Shown piece after piece: positions 59,298-64,000 of a DNA stretch of 64,000 nt. The notes beneath the pieces were generated by a model. It saw only the letters and a program-made list of their open reading frames with translations. It was not told the DNA's origin and ran no database searches. Position 1 is the stretch's first letter. Every line of letters begins with the position of its first letter. The DNA is taken from assembly GCA_964648765.1 (NCBI GenBank), contig CAZYLF010000001.1, positions 165,797 through 229,796 on the forward strand. Direction: 5' to 3'. Made by a program: the position numbers and the translations under genes. Origin of the DNA: an uncultured Candidatus Saccharibacteria bacterium. Lineage in GTDB: Bacteria > Patescibacteriota > Minisyncoccia > Phycocordibacterales > JACOZG01.

Positions 59298-59859
59298 GCC
59301 TAATTATTTAAATCTGGAATACTTTTTTTATCTAATTTATTTTTTTATTGTTAAGTTATTTGGTGGTTCCGCAGGTAATTTAATTGACCCAAATGTAAAA
59401 TGGTGGATTAAATTTATTCTAGCAATTATCGCGGGTGTATTTACCTTTTTTATTATTGTTTTAGCGCGCAAGCTAATCAAACTTAGAGGAGAAGAAAAGG
59501 CCGAATTGCTTAGCCTGTCTCAAAAAGACTTTACCGTAGAGAGGGCGGCAAATGATAATTGGCAAAAACTTGTGGACTATACTGATACTGATAACGAGGC
59601 GAATTGGAAACTGGCAATTATTGAGGCCGATAAAATTTTAGATGAGTTAGTAAAAAAGATGGGTTACCCTGGGCAAGATATGGGAGAGAGGTTGAGGGCA
59701 GTGGAGCCGAGCGACTTCCTCACACTTGAGGATGCTTGGGAGGCGCATCGTATCCGCAATAAGATTGCCCACGAGGCAGGTTTTGAACTTACTAAACGTG
59801 AGGCTAAAAGAGTTTTAGGTTTGTTTGAAAAAGTCTTCCGCGAGTTTGACTATATTTAA
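59284..59859 (+). CDS. two-TM membrane protein with C-terminal HEPN-like RNxxxH motif
   Basis: N-terminal TM helices (YFFYLIYFFIVKLF; FILAIIAGVFTFFIIVLA). C-terminal ...EDAWEAHRIRNKIAHEAGFEL contains an R-N-x3-H motif, as in HEPN/Abi and DUF4145 domains. Overlaps the gatA end by 14 nt where gatB would be expected. Confidence 0.45.
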   Translation: MNNFEPNYLNLEYFFYLIYFFIVKLFGGSAGNLIDPNVKWWIKFILAIIAGVFTFFIIVLARKLIKLRGEEKAELLSLSQKDFTVERAANDNWQKLVDYTDTDNEANWKLAIIEADKILDELVKKMGYPGQDMGERLRAVEPSDFLTLEDAWEAHRIRNKIAHEAGFELTKREAKRVLGLFEKVFREFDYI

Positions 59860-59863
59860 CGTG

Positions 59864-59936
59864 TGTCGGAGGTGGGGATCGAACCCACGACCCCGGGCTT
59901 ATGAGTCCCGTGCTCTACCAACTGAGCTACCCCGAC
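59864..59936 (-). tRNA. tRNA-Met (elongator, anticodon CAU)
   Basis: The reverse complement GTCGGGGTAGCTCAGTTGGTAGAGCACGGGACTCATAAGCCCGGGGTCGTGGGTTCGATCCCCACCTCCGACA closely resembles bacterial elongator tRNA-Met. Confidence 0.85.
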
Positions 59937-59951
59937 TTATATTATTTCTTG

Positions 59952-60022
59952 TTGCGGGGGCCCGAATCGAACGGGCGTCTGGAGGTTATGAGCCTCCCGA
60001 GTTACCGCTACTCCACCCCGCG
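59952..60022 (-). tRNA. initiator tRNA-fMet (anticodon CAU)
   Basis: The reverse complement CGCGGGGTGGAGTAGCGGTAACTCGGGAGGCTCATAACCTCCAGACGCCCGTTCGATTCGGGCCCCCGCAA carries the C1·A72 mismatch and CGCGGGG start characteristic of bacterial initiator tRNA. Confidence 0.8.
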
Positions 60023-60109
60023 GTTTTCACTAGTCTAACCTGTAGGGTATGACAAGTCAAACTTGGCTTCTTCCCTTTTCTCTTTATTTTTGTTAGATTA
60101 TCTTCCATT

Positions 60110-60183
60110 GCGGCCATAGCTCAATTGGTTAGAGCACTCCCCTGTCACGGGAGAGGTTGCCGGTTCGAGCCCGGTTGGCCGCG
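60110..60183 (+). tRNA. tRNA-Asp (anticodon GUC)
   Basis: Acceptor GCGGCCA/TGGCCGC, anticodon stem CTCCC/GGGAG with loop CTGTCAC, T-arm GCCGG-TTCGAGC-CCGGT, discriminator G. Confidence 0.9.
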
Positions 60184-60289
60184 CAGATAAGTTTATTTTT
60201 ATATTTGACTTTATTATAATTAGGTGTTAGTCTCTGGTTTGGCGTGGTCATTGAATTTAAGTGGCAATTTTTTTTGAAAGGAGATAAGG

Positions 60290-61120
60290 ATGCCTCATCA
60301 AATAAAGAAACCCAACCCATATTTTTTTGTTGATAACAAGGAACTTCACCACTGGAAAAGTTTAAGAAAGCTGATCGGCAACCTCCAAGCGTTATTTGAA
60401 GGTGATGAGACCCTCACGCGGGAGCATGAGCAGACGCTTTTCAGGGGGATGCATGCATGTGGGTATGCACTCACAAAGCTTGTGCGCGGTCGTGCCGCCG
60501 GTCGTCGCAAGGCGACTCTTGTTGGGCTTTACAATAGGTCAAAGGAGGTTTTGGTTAAACTTAACCTTGGTTTGATTGGTGACATGCGGAGAAAGACCCG
60601 CGCAGCCCATGGTCAAGAAAACACCGAGTTGGAAAGTGATGGTAATTTTGCGCTTTTCAACGCTGTGAGTCAGTTTGATCCGTGGAGGGGTAATAAGTTT
60701 AGTACTTATGGTTGCACTGCAATCCAGCGGGGTTTCCTTCATCTTGCGAGAAAAAGTACTGCCAGGTTTGGACTGGCTGGGAAACTGGCCGATGTGCTTA
60801 GAACCCGAAATTTGGGACGGGGAAAGGTTTCAGCCGAGCATGAGCATCTGCTCGAGCGGTTGAAGTTGGTAATTCGTGAGAATTACGCCAGCTTGACCGA
60901 TATGGAGCTCTACGTGCTCTCTCAACGAGTTTTGCACGATCCGATGCATAAAGAGGAGAAGCTCCACGTAGTTGGTGAGAGCTTTGATTTGAGTAAGGAG
61001 CGGATCCGGCAAATCCAAGTTTCTGCAACTCAAAAGTTACGGATTTACTTTGGTGTGATTGATGATGGAGAGGGAGAGATTGGTGAAGAGGAGGAATATT
61101 GTTTAGCCGCTTGCGCTTAG
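60290..61120 (+). CDS. RNA polymerase sigma-70 family factor (group 3-like; regions 2 and 4 recognisable)
   Basis: Region 2 NFALFNAVSQFDPWRGNKFSTYGCTAIQRGF and region 4 HTH LSKERIRQIQVSATQKLR, plus an acidic C-terminal tail. Preceded by TTGAAAGGAGAT then 4 nt then ATG. Confidence 0.78.
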   Translation: MPHQIKKPNPYFFVDNKELHHWKSLRKLIGNLQALFEGDETLTREHEQTLFRGMHACGYALTKLVRGRAAGRRKATLVGLYNRSKEVLVKLNLGLIGDMRRKTRAAHGQENTELESDGNFALFNAVSQFDPWRGNKFSTYGCTAIQRGFLHLARKSTARFGLAGKLADVLRTRNLGRGKVSAEHEHLLERLKLVIRENYASLTDMELYVLSQRVLHDPMHKEEKLHVVGESFDLSKERIRQIQVSATQKLRIYFGVIDDGEGEIGEEEEYCLAACA

Positions 61121-61146
61121 TGAGCAAGTTGAAGATGTAAACAACC

Positions 61147-61185
61147 GACCGTCGCGGATTATTGCGACGGTCTTTTTTTATTTTT
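61147..61185 (+). terminator. rho-independent terminator after sigma factor gene
   Basis: GACCGTCGC, a GGATTATT loop, GCGACGGTC, followed by TTTTTTATTTTT. Confidence 0.65.
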
Positions 61186-61210
61186 AAAATAATGATAACC
61201 TAAACGCTAC

Positions 61211-61283
61211 GCCAATGTAGCTCAGATGGTAGAGCAACTCCATGGTAAGGAGTAGGTCGCCGGTTCAATTCCGGCCATTGGCT
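61211..61283 (+). tRNA. tRNA-Thr (anticodon GGU)
   Basis: Acceptor GCCAATG/CATTGGC, anticodon stem ACTCC/GGAGT with loop ATGGTAA, T-arm GCCGG-TTCAATT-CCGGC. Confidence 0.9.
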
Positions 61284-61361
61284 CTCGTTGCTTCTCGCTA
61301 ATCATTGTGGTAGTTTTGTGAAAGTAGTTTAGTTACTGAACTTTGTTGAAAGGAGATCGGT

Positions 61362-61661
61362 GTGTCTAAAAGAAAGAAAGCAAAAGGAAAAGTTTCTCGT
61401 AAAGGAACGCCCTCAAATGCTGAGTTAAAGCTTTTGGGGAAAGCGCTTGTTGATCCGGCGTTCATTAAGAGTTTTGGAAGAGGTTTAGCGGATCTCAAAG
61501 CGGGTAGGACGGTTCCCTATGTGCGTCGAACAAAAAAGATGACCTTGGGTTCTTTGCTTGAGTTACCTATTAAAGATTTTTTTGATCTGATCCAATTTAA
61601 CTCTGGCATGGAACTGATTGTTGTTTTACCTGAGAGAATGAGAAAATTGTCTGGGTCGTAA
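61362..61661 (+). CDS. small basic hypothetical protein (GTG start)
   Basis: 99 aa with a KRKKAKGKVSRKG N-terminus. Same leader motif as the sigma factor gene (TTGAAAGGAGAT, 4 nt, start codon). Followed by its own terminator. Confidence 0.5.
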   Translation: MSKRKKAKGKVSRKGTPSNAELKLLGKALVDPAFIKSFGRGLADLKAGRTVPYVRRTKKMTLGSLLELPIKDFFDLIQFNSGMELIVVLPERMRKLSGS

Positions 61662-61691
61662 GTTACTACTCTTGTTAGTTGCAACATAGTT

Positions 61692-61722
61692 GCCGGTGAT
61701 CATCTCACCGGCTTTTTTATTT
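61692..61722 (+). terminator. rho-independent terminator
   Basis: GCCGGTGA, a TCATC loop, TCACCGGC, followed by TTTTTTATTTT. Confidence 0.65.
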
Positions 61723-61750
61723 TGATTCAATTTGTTAGAGTTGACTTGTT

Positions 61751-61823
61751 GCCACCTTAGCTCAGTTGGCAGAGCGGCGGTATCGTAAACCGCAGGTCCC
61801 CGGTTCGATCCCGGGAGGTGGCT
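61751..61823 (+). tRNA. tRNA-Thr (anticodon CGU)
   Basis: Acceptor GCCACCT/AGGTGGC, anticodon stem GCGGT/ACCGC with loop ATCGTAA, T-arm CCCGG-TTCGATC-CCGGG. Confidence 0.9.
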
Positions 61824-61854
61824 CAAGTAGTCTCGAGAAGTTGCTCAATAGAAA

Positions 61855-61884
61855 ATCGCCACCAACATTTCTGTTGGTGGCGAT
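61855..61884 (-). terminator. terminator of the 61914..62750 gene (minus strand)
   Basis: ATCGCCACCAACA / TGTTGGTGGCGAT 13-bp stem with a TTTC loop. The minus-strand reading is followed by ATTTTCTATT. Confidence 0.55.
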
Positions 61885-61913
61885 GCTTTATGATATACCC
61901 ATCATTTGCGTAC

Positions 61914-62750
61914 TCAATGGTAATCAATTTTCAGGATGTGTCCAAGCCCGAAGACCCTCGGTTTTTCGTCTGGATAGCCAAAGGACTTTAAAGCTTCTCC
62001 ATTCATGAGGTGGTGGTGAGTCACGACCATAAACTCGTCGTATTCACCACCTTCTATTATTGCCCCTGTGCCACTTTCCCCTGGTTGAACATCAAACTCA
62101 AAGATGATGCCCGTTACCGTTTCTGATGGTTTAAAAGCGGCTAAGCACCTAATGACCCGATCTGGTTCCGTCAGTAGGCGGATTTTGATGTTGGGTGGCG
62201 CGACCCTAACCCCGAATCTCTCATCAGTTTTTGCCGCTGGGCGACCCGAGTATTTTTTGGGGATTACTGGGAAGAAAGAAAAAACTCCATCCTTGCCAGT
62301 CGAGCAAGCCACCGCGTCGCCAATATCCCCCATATCAATGATGCCCACAATAGGTTTAACTAGAGCCGTTCCATTAAGTTCTGGAGCTCCAATCAGTCGG
62401 TAACCAAACTCGACGGGAGTGTCACGCTCCAGAACGTGGACAGCAGTTAGAAGTGTTCCGGTCTTATTTAGTAAAGTGCCAGTGCCGCCAAACATCCAAG
62501 GTGAGGATTTGTCTTCACGGCTCACAATGTGGACTGGCGTGTAGTCTGGGTGAAAATCTTTACCAGATCGTTGAGTCAGACCCAGGTGACGCTCGATGGC
62601 CTCTCTCTTCCCCGGTGGCTGGGGACCACCAAAAAAGTTAAGGACCATGGTTTCCTTTCGCTTAATTTCGCTTTTGAGGTAGACGGCAGTAACTGCCCCA
62701 CCAATTAAAAGCAATAGGACAAAAACACCAAGAATTAGTTTTAACCTCAT
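61914..62750 (-). CDS. membrane-anchored trypsin-like (S1 family-like) serine protease candidate
   Basis: N-terminal TM anchor. TAVHVL (His-box-like), conserved Asp region, and PGESGTGAII resembling the GDSGGP catalytic-Ser motif. 278 aa. Confidence 0.55.
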   Translation of the reverse strand: MRLKLILGVFVLLLLIGGAVTAVYLKSEIKRKETMVLNFFGGPQPPGKREAIERHLGLTQRSGKDFHPDYTPVHIVSREDKSSPWMFGGTGTLLNKTGTLLTAVHVLERDTPVEFGYRLIGAPELNGTALVKPIVGIIDMGDIGDAVACSTGKDGVFSFFPVIPKKYSGRPAAKTDERFGVRVAPPNIKIRLLTEPDRVIRCLAAFKPSETVTGIIFEFDVQPGESGTGAIIEGGEYDEFMVVTHHHLMNGEALKSFGYPDEKPRVFGLGHILKIDYH

Positions 62751-62872
62751 TCGCAGCCTCCCTTTCAGTTGTTGAATTTCAAAAACCTAACTTTTTAATT
62801 TATAACATATATGCGTAGAATATGCAAGCGTAATGTTTCTACCTTCTTAATTCTTTTTGTTATAATCACCAA

Positions 62873-63736
62873 ATGGCCGATAAAAAAGAGGAGTTAAAAG
62901 TGAAAATTGAGGCGCTCGAAGCGGAGATGGGGTTGCCTGAATTTTGGCAAGATAAGGCGCTGGCACAAGCCAAAGTTAAGGAACTTGGTGAGCTTAAAGC
63001 CGCGCTTGAAGGTGTGGGGCCATATGATAAAGGTGATGCAGTGATCACCCTTTTTGCTGGCGCTGGGGGAGATGACGCTGAAGATTTCGCCAGAATGTTA
63101 TATGAAATGTATACCAAGTTCGCTTCAAAGCGCGGTTTTGGGATTTATTTGATTCATCAAAATGAAAACGATCATGGCGGCTTCCGCAATATTACCTTTG
63201 AAGTGCGAGGTGAAAAAGCCTATGGTACACTGAAGGGCGAGTCGGGCGTGCATCGTCTCGTGCGACTCTCGCCCTTTAATTCTAAATCACTTCGCCACAC
63301 GTCATTTGCGTTGGTGGAAGTGATTCCTCGGTTTGAGAAGGGTGGTGAAGTGGTGATAGACGAGAGAGATTTAAGAATTGAATTTTCTCGTTCAAGCGGT
63401 CCGGGTGGTCAGAACGTAAACAAACGTGAGACAGCAGTGCGCGTGGTGCACGTTCCTACAAATCTCTCAGCTCATTCAGAATCAGAACGCAGTCAAGAGA
63501 GAAATCGCGAGAAGGCGATCCAAATTTTGCACGGCAAACTTTATAAACGCCAGGAGGAGGAAAGAGAGAAGAAGGAGCAAGGAATGTATGTGAGCAAAAC
63601 CACAGAGATTGAGTGGGGCAACCAGATTAGATCTTATGTGCTTCATCCATATAAGCTGGTGAAGGATCACAAAAGAGATATTGAGGTGAGAGATGCTGAA
63701 GCCGTGCTCGATGGAGAGATTGAACCATTCTTATGA
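62873..63736 (+). CDS. prfB: peptide chain release factor 2 (short N-terminus, no programmed frameshift)
   Basis: SPF tripeptide (VRLSPFNSK), GGQ motif (SGPGGQNVNKRETAVRV) and the RF2-type C-terminus. A single continuous ORF. Confidence 0.88.
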   Translation: MADKKEELKVKIEALEAEMGLPEFWQDKALAQAKVKELGELKAALEGVGPYDKGDAVITLFAGAGGDDAEDFARMLYEMYTKFASKRGFGIYLIHQNENDHGGFRNITFEVRGEKAYGTLKGESGVHRLVRLSPFNSKSLRHTSFALVEVIPRFEKGGEVVIDERDLRIEFSRSSGPGGQNVNKRETAVRVVHVPTNLSAHSESERSQERNREKAIQILHGKLYKRQEEEREKKEQGMYVSKTTEIEWGNQIRSYVLHPYKLVKDHKRDIEVRDAEAVLDGEIEPFL

Positions 63737-64000
63737 TTTATTTTGATAAAGTAACAAAAGTATATAGTGACCGTTCCAGAGCTCTCGACGGTGTGACTTT
63801 TACTGTCGACAAGGGTGAATTTGTTTCTATTGTCGGCCACTCTGGCGCAGGTAAAACCACTTTACTTAAAATGATTTTGGCGGAGGAGAGACCAACTGAA
63901 GGTAATGTTTATTTTGAGTCAAATAATATTCACAGTCTCCACAAAAAACATATCCCTAAACTTCGCCGAAGAATTGGTAGTATCTTCCAAGATTTTAAAT
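63735..64000 (+). CDS. ftsE: cell division ATP-binding protein FtsE, 3' truncated at window edge
   Basis: MIYFDKVTKVYSDRSRALDGVTFTVDKGEFVSIVGHSGAGKTTLLKMI ABC-ATPase N-terminus, overlapping the prfB stop. Absent from the ORF track because it is incomplete. Confidence 0.7.

Noticed and set aside
59825-60320. ORFs 59825..60052 (+) and 60129..60320 (-)
   Set aside because: They are superimposed on tRNA-Met, tRNA-fMet and tRNA-Asp genes, with no RBS and tRNA-derived peptide sequences. Spurious.
60274-61357. Shared TTGAAAGGAGAT leader upstream of the sigma factor and small basic protein as evidence of a mobile-element promoter
   Set aside because: The 12-nt identity is largely a strong Shine-Dalgarno plus spacer and could arise by convergence. 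It is kept as a minor note within the tRNA-island finding rather than as a separate regulatory feature.
61766-62008. 80-aa ORF (MAERRYRKPQVPGSIPGG...) and antisense 61626..61826 ORF
   Set aside because: They overlap tRNA-Thr(CGU) and its flanking terminator hairpin. The 'protein' is the tRNA sequence read as codons, so this is a spurious ORF.
62760-62872. Programmed +1 frameshift site for prfB
   Set aside because: I searched upstream of the RF2 ORF for a short leader ORF ending in CUU UGA C with an SD-like stimulator. None is present, and the ORF is continuous from its own ATG.

Overview
This 64 kb window looks like a small, AT-rich chromosomal segment from a Patescibacteria/CPR-like bacterium. 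That lineage call is a guess, based on the ribosomal operon lacking rpmD (L30), the short ribosomal proteins, many large secreted proteins and an extensive type IV pilus locus.

From 5' to 3' the window contains:
- A truncated minus-strand CDS, then a secreted protein, a dockerin-repeat protein and two tandem paralogous giant secreted proteins.
- tuf followed by a near-complete S10-spc ribosomal operon (rpsJ to rplO; no L30; a foreign ORF with its own terminators inserted between rplE and rpsZ), then secY, adk, map and ndk.
- A beta-CASP RNase and a LOG-like protein, convergent with infC-rpmI-rplT.
- A CcdA-thioredoxin fusion, acpP, and an accessory block of single-gene units that each end in the same near-identical 48-nt terminator element. 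This block includes a DNPH1/nucleoside-2-deoxyribosyltransferase-like gene.
- cmk, an SMR family transporter, smpB with an adjacent tmRNA, ftsH, a tRNA-Ile with the rare UAU anticodon, recG and a Pif1-like helicase.
- A large type IV pilus/competence locus: pilin, comF, pilMNO, pilB, a response regulator, pilT, pilC, pilA, pilD and four minor pseudopilins. A Gtr-like glycosylation module (GT-C, GT2, GtrA, SAM-MTase) is embedded between pilA and a second pilin.
- ligA, gatC and gatA, followed by a two-TM protein with a C-terminal HEPN-like RNxxxH motif where gatB would be expected.
- A five-tRNA island carrying a sigma-70 family factor and a small basic protein.
- A membrane-anchored trypsin-like protease, prfB without the programmed frameshift, and the start of ftsE.

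No rRNA, CRISPR array, transposase or integrase was recognised. All functional calls rest on motif recognition by eye, without database searches.
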